This document shows positions 50,401-64,000 of a DNA stretch of 64,000 bases, piece by piece. Source of the stretch: Balanoglossus misakiensis. Taxonomy: Eukaryota > Animalia > Hemichordata. Made by a program: the position numbers and the translations under genes. Where the stretch lies: contig CM082595.2 of NCBI GenBank assembly GCA_040954595.2, forward strand, positions 8,848,317-8,912,316. The letters are read 5' to 3'. Position 1 is the first letter of the stretch. Each line of letters starts with the position of its first letter. Below the pieces are notes generated by a model. That model saw nothing but the letters and a program-made list of their open reading frames with translations, was not told the DNA's origin and did not search any database.

Positions 50401-53400
50401 ATGAGTACTATTGCTGGCAGGACATAACCAAACTATTTTGACAATTTTGGCAATGACTCTTCATCTACTTGGATATGTCTCTTGTTAAAATGCACAACAT
50501 ACATGATTTTGTTCACATGAATTCTATTGCTGTCAGGACATAACCCAAATATTTTGATAATTTTGGTAATGACCCTTGATCTTCTTGGATATGTCTCTTG
50601 TTAAAAAGCACATCAGTCATGATTTTGTTAACATGAATTTTATTGCTGCCAGGACATATACCAAATATTTTGATAATTTTGCCAATGACTCTTGATCTAC
50701 TTGGATATGTCTCTTGTTAAAAAGCAGAACAGTCATTATTTTGTTCACATGAGTTTTATTGCTGCCATGTCATAACCCAAATATTTTGATAATTTTGGCA
50801 ATGACCCTTGAACTACTTGGATATGTCTCTTGTTGAAAAGCACAACAGACATTATTTTGTTTACGTGACTACTATTGCTGCCAGGACATAACCCAAATAT
50901 TTTGATAATTTTGGCAATGACCCTTGATCTACTTGGATATGTCTCTTGTTAAAAAGCACAACAGTCAGGATTTTGTTCACATGAGTACTATTGCTGGCAG
51001 GACAAAACCAAACTATTTTGATAATTTTGGCAATGACTCTTCATCTACTTGGATATGTCTCTTGTTAAAATGCACAACATACATGATTTTGTTCACATGA
51101 ATTCTATTACTGTCAAGACATAACCCAAATATTTTGATAATTATGGCAATGACCCTTGAACTACTTGGATATGTCTCTTGATAAACAGCCAAACAGTCAT
51201 GATTGTGTTCACACGAGTTTTATTGCTGCCAGGACATAACCCAAATATTTTGATAATTTTGGCAATGACCCTTGATCGACTTGGATATGTCTCTTGTTAA
51301 AAGCACAACAGTCATGATTTTGTTTATGTGACTACTATTGCTGCCAGGACATAACCCAAATATTTTGATAATTTTGGCAATGACCCTTGATTGACTTGGA
51401 TATGTCTCTTGTTAAAAAGCACAACAGTCATGATTTTGTTTACGTGACTACTATTGCTGCCAGGACTTAACCCAAATATTTTGATAATTTTGGCAATGAC
51501 CCTTGATCTACTTAGATATGTCTCTTGATAAAAAGCACAACAGTCATGATTGTGTTCACACAAGTTTTATTGCTGCCAGGACATAACCCAAATATTTTTT
51601 ATAATTTTGGCCATGACCCTTGATCTACTTGGATATGTCTCTTGTTAAAAAGCACAACAGTCATGATTTTGTTTACGTGACTACTATTGCTGCCAGGACT
51701 TAACCCAAATATTTTGATAATTTTGGCAATGACCCTTGATCTACTTGGATATGTCTCTTGATAAAAAGCACAACAGTCATGATTGTGTTCACACGAGTTT
51801 TATTGCTGCCAGGACATAACCCAAATATTTTGATAATTTTGGCAATGACCCTTGATCTACTTGGATATGTCTCTTGTTAAAAAGCACAACAGTCAGGATT
51901 TTGTTCACATGAGTTTTATCACTGCCAGGACATAACCCAAATATATTGATAATTTTGGCAATGACCCTTGATCTACTTGGATATGTCTCTTGTTAAAAAG
52001 CACAACAGTCAGGATTTTGTTCACATGAGTACTATTGCTGGCAGGACATAACCAAACTATTTTGATAATTTTGGCAATGACTCTTCATCTACTTGGATAT
52101 GTCTCTTGTTAAAATGCACAACATACATGATTTTGTTCACATGAATTCTATTGCTGTCAGGACATAACCCAAATATTTTGATAATTATGGCAATGACCCT
52201 TGAACTACTTGGATATGTCTCTTGATAAACAGCCCAACAGTCATGATTGTGTTCACACGAGTTTTATTGCTGCCAGGACATAACCCAAATATTTTGATAA
52301 TTTTGGCAATGACCCTTGATCGACTTGGATATGTCTCTTGTTAAAAAGCACAACAGTCATGATTTTGTTTACGTGACTACTATTGCTGCCAGGACTTAAC
52401 CCAAATATTTTGATAATTTTGGCAATGACCCTTGATCTACTTAGATATGTCTCTTGATAAAAAGCACAACAGTCATGATTGTGTTCACACGAGTTTTATT
52501 GCTGCCAGGACATAACCCAAATATTTTTATAATTTTGGCCATGACCCTTGATCTACTTGGATATGTCTCTTGTTAAAAAGCACAACAGTCATGATTTTGT
52601 TTACGTGACTACTATTGCTGCCAGGACTTAACCCAAATATTTTGATAATTTTGGCAATGACCCTTGATCTACTTGGATATGTCTCTTGATAAAAAGCACA
52701 ACAGTCATGATTGTGTTCACACAAGTTTTATTGCTGCCAGGACATAACCCAAATATTTTGATAATTTTGGCAATGACCCTTGATCTACTTGGATATGTCT
52801 CTTGTTAAAAAGCACAACAGTCAGGATTTTGTTCACATGAGTTTAATCACTGCCAGGACATAACCCAAATATATTGATAATTTTGGCAATGACCCTTGAT
52901 CTACTTGGATATGTCTCTTGTTAAAAAGCACAACAGTCATTATTTTGTTCACATGAGTTTTATTGCTGCCAGGACATAACCTAAATATTTTGATAATTAT
53001 GGCAATGACCCTTGAACTACTTGGATATGTCTCTTGATAAAAAGCCCAACAGTCATTATTTTGTTCACATGAGTTTTATTGCTGCCATGACATAACCCAA
53101 ATATTTTGATAATTTTGGCAATGACCCTTGATCTACTTGGATATGTCTCTTGTTAAAAAGCACAACAGTCATGATTTTGTTTACGTGACTACTATTGCTG
53201 CCAGGACATAACCCAAATATTTTGATAATTTTGGCAATGACCCTTGATCTACTTGGATATGTCTCTTGTTAAAAAGCACAACAGTCATGATTGTGTTCAC
53301 ACGAGTTTTATTGCTGCCAGGACATAACCCAAATATTTTGATAATTTTGGCAATGACCCTTGATCTACTTGGATATGTCTCTTGATAAAAAGCACAACAG

Positions 53401-56400
53401 TCATGATTGTGTTCACATGAGTTTTATTGCTGCCAGGACATAACCCAAATATTTTGATAATTTTGGTAATGACCCTTGATCTTCTTGGATATGTCTCTTG
53501 TTAAAAAGCGCAACAGTCATGATTGTGTTCACACGAGTTTTATTGCTGCCAGGACATAACCCAAATATTTTGATAATTTTGGCAATGACCCTTGATCTAC
53601 TTGGATATGTCTCTTGTTAAAAAGCACATCAGTCATGATTTTGTTAACATGAATTTTATTGCTGCCAGGACATATACCAAATATTTTGATAAATTTGGCA
53701 ATGACTCTGGATCTACATGAGTTTTATTGCTGACATGACATAACCGAAATATTTTTTATAATTTTGGCCATGACCCTTGATCTACTTGGATATGTCTCTT
53801 GTTAAAAAGCACAACAGTCATGATTTTGTTTACGTGACTACTATTGCTGCCAGGACTTAACCCAAATATTTTGATAATCTTGGCAATGACCCTTGATCTA
53901 CTTGGATATGTCTCTTGATAAAAAGCACAACAGTCATGATTGTGTTCACACGAGTTTTATTGCTGCCAGGACATACCCCAAATATTTTGATAATTTTGGC
54001 CATGACCCTTGATCTACTTGGATATGTCTCTTGTTAAAAAGCACAACAGTCATGATTTTGTTTACGTGACTACTATTGCTGCTAGGACTTAACCCAAATA
54101 TTTTGATAATTTGGGCAATGACCCTTGATCTACTTGGATATGTCTCTTGATAAAAAGCACAACAGTCATGATTGTGCTCACATGCGTTTTATTGCTGCCA
54201 GGACATATACCAAATATTTTGATAATTTTGGCAATGACTCTTGATCTACTTGGATATGTCTCTTGTTAAAAAGCACAACAGTCATTATTTTGTTCACATG
54301 AGTTTTCTTGCTGCCAGGACATAACCCAAATATTTTGATAATTTTGGCAATGACCCTTGATCTACTTGGATATGTCTCTTGATAAAAAGCACAACAGTCA
54401 TGATTGTGTTCACATGAGTTTTATTGCTGCCAGGACATAACCCAAATATTTTGATAATTTTGGTAATGACCCTTGATCTTCTTGGATATGTCTCTTGTTA
54501 AAAAGCGCAACAGTTATGATTGTGTTCACACGAGTTTTATTGCTGCCAGGACATAACCCAAATATTTTGATAATTTTGGCAATGACCCTTGATCTACTTG
54601 GATATGTCTCTTGTTAAAAAGCACATCAGTCATGATTTTGTTAACATGAATTTTATTGCTGCCAGGACATATACCAAATATTTTGATAAATTTGGCAATG
54701 ACTCTGGATCTACATGAGTTTTATTGCTGACATGACATAACCGAAATATTTTTTATAATTTTGGCCATGACCCTTGATCTACTTGGATATGTCTCTTGTT
54801 AAAAAGCACAACAGTCATGATTTTGTTTACGTGACTACTATTGCTGCCAGGACTTAACCCAAATATTTTGATAATCTTGGCAATGACCCTTGATCTACTT
54901 GGATATGTCTCTTGATAAAAAGCACAACAGTCATGATTGTGTTCACACGAGTTTTATTGCTGCCAGGACATACCCCAAATATTTTGATAATTTTGGCCAT
55001 GACCCTTGATCTACTTGGATATGTCTCTTGTTAAAAAGCACAACAGTCATGATTTTGTTTACGTGACTACTATTGCTGCTAGGACTTAACCCAAATATTT
55101 TGATAATTTGGGCAATGACCCTTGATCTACTTGGATATGTCTCTTGATAAAAAGCACAACAGTCATGATTGTGCTCACATGCGTTTTATTGCTGCCAGGA
55201 CATATACCAAATATTTTGATAATTTTGGCAATGACTCTTGATCTACTTGGATATGTCTCTTGTTAAAAAGCACAACAGTCATTATTTTGTTCACATGAGT
55301 TTTCTTGCTGCCAGGACATAACCCAAATATTTTGATAAGTATGGCAATGACCCTTGATCTTCTTTGATATGTCTCTTGTTAAAGAGCACAACAGTCAGGA
55401 TTTTGTTCACATGAGTTTTATCACTGCCAGGACATAACCCAAATATATTGATAATTTTGGCAATGACCCTTGATCTACTTTGATATGTCTCTTGTTAAAA
55501 TACACAACAGTCTTGATTTTGTTCACATGAGTTTTATCGCTGCCAGGACATAACCCAAATATTTTGATAATTTTGGCAATGACCCTTGATCTACTTGGAT
55601 ATGTCTCTTGTTAAAAAGCACAACAGTCATGATTGTGTTAACACGAGTTTTATTGCTGCCAGGACATAACCCAAATATTTTGATAATTTTGGCAATGACC
55701 CTTGATCTTCTTGGATATGTCTCTTGTTAAAAAGCACAACAGTCATGATTTTGTTCACATGAGTTTTATTGCTGCCAGGACATAACCCAAATATTTTGAT
55801 AATTTTGGCAATGACCCTTGATCTACTTGGATATGTCTCTTGTTAAAAAGCACAACAGTCAGGATTTTGTTCACATGAGTACTATTGCTGGCAGGACATA
55901 ACCAAACTATTTTGATAATTTTGGCAATGACTCTTCATCTACTTGGATATGTCTCTTGTTAAAATGCACAACAGTCAGGATTTTGTTCACATGAGTACTA
56001 TTGCTGGCAGGACATAACCAAACTATTTTGATAATAATGGCAATGACCCTTGAACTACTTGGATATGTCTCTTGATAAACAGCCCAACAGTCATGATTTT
56101 GTTCACATGAATTCTATTGCTGCCAGGACATAACCCAAATATTTTGATAATTTTGGCAATGACCCTTGATCGACTTGGATATGTCTCTTGTTAAAAAGCA
56201 CAACAGTCATGATTTTGTTTACGTGACTACTATTGCTGCCAGGACTTAACCCAAATATTTTGATAATTTTGGCAATGACCCTTGATCTACTTAGATATAT
56301 CTCTTGATAAAAAGCACAACAGTCATGATTGTGTTCACACGAGTTTTATTGCTGCCAGGACATAACCCAAATATTTTTATAATTTTGGCCATGACCCTTG

Positions 56401-59400
56401 ATCTACTTGGATATGTCTCTTGTTAAAAAGCACAACAGTCATGATTTTGTTTACGTGACTAATATTGCTGCCAGGACTTAACCCAAATATTTTGATAATT
56501 TTGGCAATGACCCTTGATCTACTTTGATAAAAAGCACAACAGTCATGATTGTGTTCACATGAGTTTTATTGCTGCCAGGACATAACCCAAATATTTTGAT
56601 AATTTTGGTAATGACCCTTGATCTTCTTGGATATGTCTCTTGTTAAAAAGCACATCAGTCATGATTTTGTTAACATGAATTTTATTGCTGCCAGGACATA
56701 TACCAAATATTTTGATAATTTTGGCAATGACTCTTGATCTACTTGGATATGTCTCTTGTTAAAAAGCACAACAGTCATTATTTTGTTCACATGAGTTTTA
56801 TTGCTGACATGACATAACCCAAATATTTTGATAATTTTGGCAATGACCCTTGATCTACTTGGATATGTCTCTTGTTAAAAAGCACAACAGTCATGATTGT
56901 GTTCACACAAGTTTTATTGCTGCCAGGACATAACCCAAATATTTTTTTATAATTTTGGCCATGACCCTTGATCTACTTGGATATGTCTCTTGTTAAAAAG
57001 CACAACAGTCATGATTTTGTTTACGTGACTGCTATTGCTGCCAGGACTTAACCCAAATATTTTGATAATCTTGGCAATGACCCTTGATCTACTTGGATAT
57101 GTCTCTTGATAAAAAGCACAACAGTCATGATTGTGTTCACACGAGTTTTATTGCTGCCAGGACATAACCCAAATATTTTGATAATTTTGGCCATGACCCT
57201 TGATCTACTTGGATATGTCTCTTGTTAAAAAGCACAACAGTCATGATTTTTTTTACGTGACTACTATTGCTGCCAGGACTTGACCCAAATATTTTGATAA
57301 TTTTGGCAATGACCCTTGATCTACTTGGATATGTCTCTTGATAAAAAGCACAACAGTCATGATTGTGCTCTCATGAGTTTTATTGCTGCCAGGACATATA
57401 CCAAATATTTTGATAATTTTGGCAATGACTCTTGATCTACTTGGATATGCCTCTTGTTAAAAAGCACAACAGTCATTATTTTGTTCACATGAGTTTTATT
57501 GCTGCCCGGACATAACCTAAATATTTTGATAATTATGGCAATGACCCTTGAACTACTTGGATATGTCTCTTGATAAAAAGCCCAACAGTCATTATTTTGT
57601 TCACATGAGTTTTATTGCTGCCATGACATAACCCAAATATTTTGATAATTTTGGCAATGACTCTTGATCTACTTGGATATGTCTCTTGTTAAAATGCACA
57701 ACAGTCAGGATTTTGTTCACATGAGTACTATTGCTGGCAGGACATAACCAAACTATTTTGATAATTATGGCAATGACCCTTGAACTACTTGGATATGTCT
57801 CTTGATAAACAGCCCAACAGTCATGATTTTGTTCACATGAATTCTATTGCTGCCAGGACATAACCCAAATATTTTGATAATTTTGGTAATGACCCTTGAT
57901 CGACTTGGATATGTCTCTTGTTAAAAAGCACAAAAGTCATGATTTTGTTTACGTGACTACTATTGCTGCCAGGACTTAACCCAAATATTTTGATAATTTT
58001 GGCAATGACCCTTGATCTACTTAGATATATCTCTTGATAAAAAGCACAACAGTCATGATTGTGTTCACACGAGTTTTATTGCTGCCAGGACATAACCCAA
58101 ATATTTTTATAATTTTGGTAATGACCCTTGATCTTCTTGGATATGTCTCTTGTTAAAAAGCACATCAGTCATGATTTTGTTAACATGAATTTTATTGCTG
58201 CCAGGACATATACCAAATATTTTGATAATTTTGACAATGACCCTTGATCTACTTGGATATGTCTCTTGTTAAAAAGCACAACAGTCATGATTGTGTTCAC
58301 TCAAGTTTTATTGCTGCCAGGACATAACCCAAATATTTTTCATAATTTTGGCCATAACCCTTGATCTACTTGGATATGTCTCTTGTTAATAAGCACAACA
58401 GTCATGATTTTGTTTACGTGACTACTATTGCTGCCAGGACATAACCCAAATATTTTGATAATTTTGGCAATGACCCTTGATCTACTTGGATATGTCTCTT
58501 GTTAAAAAGCACAACAGTCATGATTGTGTTCACACAAGTTTTATTGCTGCCAGGACATAACCCAAATATTTTTCATAATTTTGGCCATGACCCTTGATCT
58601 ACTTGGATATGTCTCTTGTTAAAAAGCACAACAGTCATGATTTTGTTTACGTGACTACTATTGCTGCCAGGACTTAACCCAAATATTTTGATAATCTTGG
58701 CAATGACCCTTGATCTACTTGGATATGTCTCTTGATAAAAAGCACAACAGTCATGATTGTGTTCACACGAGTTTTATTGCTGCCAGGACATAACCCAAAT
58801 ATTTTGATAATTTTGGCCATGACCCTTGATCTACTTGGATATGTCTCTTGTTAAAAAGCACAACAGTCATGATTTTGTTTACGTGACTACTATTGCTGCC
58901 AGGACTTAACCCAAATATTTTGATAATCTTGGCAATGACCCTTGATCTACTTGGATATGTCTCTTGATAAAAAGCACAACAGTCATGATTGTGTTCACAC
59001 GAGTTTTATTGCTGCCAGGACATAACCCAAATATTTTGATAATTTTGGCCATGACCCTTGATCTACTTGGATATGTCTCTTGTTAAAAAGCACAACAGTC
59101 ATGATTTTGTTTACGTGACTACTATTGCTGCCAGGACATAACCCAAATATTTTGATAATTTTGGCAATGACCCTTGATCTACTTGGATATGTCTCTTGTT
59201 AAAAAGCACAACAGTCATGATTGTGTTCACACAAGTTTTATTGCTGCCAGGACATAACCCAAATATTTTTCATAATTTTGGCCATGACCCTTGATCTACT
59301 TGGATATGTCTCTTGTTAAAAAGCACAACAGTCATGATTTTGTTTACGTGGCTACTATTGCTGCCAGGACTTAACCCAAATATTTTGATAATCTTGGCAA

Positions 59401-62400
59401 TGACCCTTGATCTACTTGGATATGTCTCTTGATAAAAAGCACAACAGTCATGATTGTGTTCACACGAGTTTTATTGCTGCCAGGACATAACCCAAATATT
59501 TTGATAATTTTGGCCATGACCCTTGATCTACTTGGATATGTCTCTTGTTAAAAAGCACAACAGTCATGATTTTGTTTACGTGACTACTATTGCTGCCAGG
59601 ACATAACCCAAATATTTTGATAATTTTGGCAATGACCCTTGATCTACTTGGATATGTCTCTTGTTAAAAAGCACAACAGTCATGATTGTGTTCACACAAG
59701 TTTTATTGCTGCCAGGACATAACCCAAATATTTTTCATAATTTTGGCCATGACCCTTGATCTACTTGGATATGTCTCTTGTTAAAAAGCACAACAGTCAT
59801 GATTTTGTTTACGTGACTACTATTGCTGCCAGGACTTAACCCAAATATTTTGATAATCTTGGCAATGACCCTTGATGTACTTGGATATGTCTCTTGATAA
59901 AAAGCACAACAGTCATGATTGTGTTCACATGAGTTTTATTGCTGCCAGGACATAACCCAAATATTTTGATAATTTTGGCCATGACCCTTGATCTACTTGG
60001 ATATGTCTCTTGTTAAAAAGCACAACAGTCATGATTTTGTTTACGTGACTACTATTGCTGCCAGGACTTAACCCAAATATTTTGATAATTTTGGCAATGA
60101 CTCTTAATCTACTTGGATATGTCTCTTGATAAAAAGCACAACAGTCATGATTGTGCTCACATGAGTTTTATTGCTGCCAGGACAAATACCAAATATTTTG
60201 ATAATTTTGGCAATGACTCTTGATCTACTTGGATATGTCTCTTGTTAAAAAGCACAACAGTCATTATTTTGTTCACATGAGTTTTATTGCTGCCAGGACA
60301 TAACCCAAATATTTTGATAATTATGACAATGACCTTTGATCTTCTTGGATATGTCTCTTGTTAAAGAGCACCACAGTCATGATTGTGTTCACACGAGTTT
60401 TATTGCTGTCAGGACATAACCCAAATATTTTGATAATTTTGGCAATGACCCTTGATCTACTTGGATATGTCTCTTGTTAAAAAGCACATCAGTCATGATT
60501 TTGTTAACATGAGTTTTATTGCTGCCAGGACATACACCAAATATTTTGATAATTTTGGCAATGACTCTTGATCTACTTGGATATGTCTCTTGTTAAAAAG
60601 CACAACAGTCATTATTTTGTTCACATGAGTTTTATTGCTGCCAGGACATAACCTAAATATTTTGATAATTTTGGCAATGACTCTTGATCTACTTGGGTAT
60701 GTCTCTTGTTAAAAAGCACAACAGTCATTATTTTGTTCACATGAGTTTTATTGCTGCCAGGACATAACCTAAATATTTTGATAATTATGGCAATGACCCT
60801 TGAACTACTTGGATATGTCTCTTGATAAAAAGCCCAACAGTCATTATTTTGTTCACATGAGTTTTATTGCTGCCATGACATAACCCAAATATTTTGATAA
60901 TTTTGGCAATGACTCTTGATCTACTTGGATATGTCTCTTGTTAAAAAGCACAACAGTCATTATTTTGTTAACATGAGTTTTATTGCTGCCAGGACATAAC
61001 CCAAATATTTTGATAATTATGGCAATGACCCTTGATCTTCTTGGATATGTCTCTTGTTAAAGAGCACAACAGTCATGATTGTGTTCTCACGAGTTTTATT
61101 GCTGTCAGGACATAACCCAAATATTTTGATAATTTTGGCAATGACCCTTGATCTACTTGGATACGTCTCTTGTTAAAAAGCACATCAGTCATGATTTTGT
61201 TAACATGAGTTTTATTGCTGCCAGGACATACACCAAATATTTTGATAATTTTGGCAATGACTCTTGATCTACTTGGATATGTCTCTTGTTAAAAAGCACA
61301 ACAGTCATTATTTTGTTCACATGAGTTTTATTGCTGCCAGGACATAACCTAAATATTTTGATAATTATGGCAATGACCCTTGAACTACTTGGATATGTCT
61401 CTTGATAAAAAGCCCAACAGTCATTATTTTGTTCACATGAGTTTTATTGCTGCCATGACATAACCCAAATATTTTGATAATTTTGGCAATGACCCTTGAA
61501 CTACTTGGATATGTCTCTTGTTAAAAAGCACAACAGTCATTATTGTGTTCACATGAGTTTTATTGCTGCCAGGACATAACCAAAATATTTCAATAATTTT
61601 GGCAATGACCCTTGATCTACTTGGATATGTCTCTTGTTAAAAAGCACAACAGTCATGATTTTGTTTACGTGACTACTATTGCTGCCAGGAGATAACCCAA
61701 ATTTTTTGATAATTTTGGCAATGACCCTTGATCTACTTGGATATGTCTCTTGTTAAAAAGCACAACAGTCATGATTGTGTTCACACGAGTTTTATTGCTG
61801 CCAGGACATAACCCAAATATTTTGATAATTTTGGCAATGACTCTTGATCTACTTGGATATGTCTCTTGTTAAAAAGCACAACAGTCATTATTTTGTTCAC
61901 ATGAGTTTTATTGCTGCCAGGACATAACCCAAATATTTTGATAATTATGGCAATGACCCTTGATCTTCTTGGATATGTCTCTTGTTAAAGAGCACAACAG
62001 TCATGATTGTGTTCTCACGAGTTTTATTGCTGTCAGGACATAACCCAAATATTTTGATAATTTTGGCAATGACCCTTGATCTACTTGGATATGTCTCTTG
62101 TTAAAAAGCACATCAGTCATGATTTTGTTAACATGAGTTTTATTGCTGCCAGGACATACACCAAATATTTTGATAATTTTGGCAATGACTCTTGCTCTAC
62201 TTGGATATGTCTCTTGTTAAAAAGCACAACAGTCATTATTTTGTTCACATGAGTTTTATTGCTGCCAGGACATAACCTAAATATTTTGATAATTATGGCA
62301 ATGACCCTTGAACTACTTGGATATGTCTCTTGATAAAAAGCCCAACAGTCATTATTTTGTTCACATGAGTTTTATTGCTGCCATGACACAACCAAAATAT

Positions 62401-64000
62401 TTTGATAATTTTGGCAATGACCCTTGATTTACTTGGATATGTCTCTTGTTAAAAAGCACAACAGTCATGATTTTGTTTACGTGACTACTATTGCTGCCTG
62501 GACATAACCCAAATATTTTGATAATTTTGGCAATGACCCTTGATCTACTTGGATATGTCTCTTGTTAAAAAGCACAACAGTCATGATTGTGTTCACACGA
62601 GTTTTATTGCTGCCAGGACATAACCCAAATATTTTGATAATTTTGGCAATGACCCTTGATCTACTTGGATATGTCTCTTGATAAAAAGCACAACAGTCAT
62701 GATTGTGTTCACATGAGTTTTATTGCTGCCAGGACATAACCCAAATATTTTGATAATTTTGGTAATGACCCTTGATCTTCTTGGATATGTCTCTTGTTAG
62801 AAAGCACAACAGTCATGATTGTGTTCACACGAGTTTTATTGCTGCCAGGACATAACCCAAATATTTTGATAATTTTGGCAATGACCCTTGATCTACTTGG
62901 ATATGTCTCTTGTTAAAAAGCACATCAGTCATGATTTTGTTAACATGAATTTTATTGCTGCCAGGACATATACCAAATATTTTGATAATTTTTTGCAATG
63001 ACTGTGGATCTACATGAGTTTTATTGCTGACATGACATAACCCAAATATTTTGATAATTTTGGCAATGACCCTTGATCTACTTGGATATGTCTCTTGTTA
63101 AAAAGCACAACAGTCATGATTGTGTTCACACAAGTTTTATTGCTGCCAGGACATAACCCAAATATTTTTTATAATTTTGGCCATGACCCTTGATCTACTT
63201 GGATATGTCTCTTGTTAAAAAGCACAACAGTCATGATTTTGTTTACGTGACTACTATTGCTGCCAGGACTTAACCAAAATATTTTGATAATTTGGGCAAT
63301 GACCCTTGATCCACTTGGATATGTCTCTTGATAAAAAGCACAACAGTCATGATTGTGCTCACATGCGTTTTATTGCTGCCAGGACATATACCAAATATTT
63401 TGATAATTTTGCCAATGACTCTTGATCTACTTGGATATGTCTCTTGTTAAAAAGCACAACAGTCATTATTTTGTTCACATGAGTTTTATTGCTCCCAGGA
63501 CATAACCCAAATATTTTGATAATTATGGCAATGACCCTTGATCTTCTTTGATATGTCTCTTGTTAAAGAGCACAACAGTCATGATTGTGTTCACACAAGT
63601 TTTATTGCTGCCAGGACATAACCCAAATATTTTTTATAATTTTGGCCATGACCCTTGATCTACTTGGATATGTCTCTTGTTAAAAAGCACAACAGTCATG
63701 ATTTTGTTTACGTGACTACTATTGCTGCCAGGACTTAACCCAAATATTTTGATAATTATGGCAATGACCCTTGATCTTCTTTGATATGTCTCTTGTTAAA
63801 GAGCACAACAGTCATGATTGTGTTCACACGAGTTTTATTGCTGTCAGGACATAACCCAAATATTTTGATAATTTTGGCAATGACCCTTGATCTACTTGGA
63901 TATGTCTCTTGTTAAAAAGCACATCAGTCATGATTTTGTTAACATGAGTTTTATTGCTGCCAGGACATAACCCAAATATTTTGATAATTTTGGCAATGAC
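47450..64000 (+). repeat. 116-bp satellite array (about 140 monomers, runs off the window end)
   Basis: Monomer TACTTGGATATGTCTCTTGTTAAAAAGCACAACAGTCATGATTTTGTTCACATGAGTTTTATTGCTGCCAGGACATAACCCAAATATTTTGATAATTTTGGCAATGACCCTTGATC; GCTGCCAG at 47513, 47629 and 47745 gives period 116. Confidence 0.99.

Noticed and set aside
49585-52724. ORFs MCEHNHDCC... within the satellite
   Set aside because: Chance open frames from variant monomers.
47450-64000. CRISPR-like regular repeat array
   Set aside because: Whole 116-bp units repeat with no unique spacers, there are no cas genes, and the context is eukaryotic: satellite DNA.

Overview
AT-rich eukaryotic DNA, probably from a marine invertebrate (inferred from intron/exon style and transposon content), with no intact host gene. 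(1) 2.06-22.5 kb holds a decayed, intron-containing MED25 copy: two ACID/PTOV exons, a Q-rich LxxLL exon and a terminal Q-rich exon, with broken acceptors, a frameshift and stops. (2) Between its exons lies a ~13.65-kb segment bounded by 23-bp perfect terminal inverted repeats (3321-16973). It encodes a degenerate Academ-type transposase (DDE core, XPG/PIN-like nuclease, Cys-rich tail) with an OTU deubiquitinase-like domain inserted in the catalytic core, and it carries two intron-flanked Ca-binding EGF exons. Kolobok-, L1/Tx1-, Transib-, Helentron- and L2-type elements are nested in it. (3) An internally deleted piggyBac lies at 19.55-21.05 kb. (4) Four tandem ~4.45-kb copies (22.93-40.73 kb) show mosaic, recombinant variants. 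(5) A CpG-rich segment, a 139-bp minisatellite and two ~0.85-kb units lead into a >16.5-kb 116-bp satellite with higher-order structure; the satellite monomer is present once in each longer unit. All family assignments come from motif recognition by eye; no searches were run.
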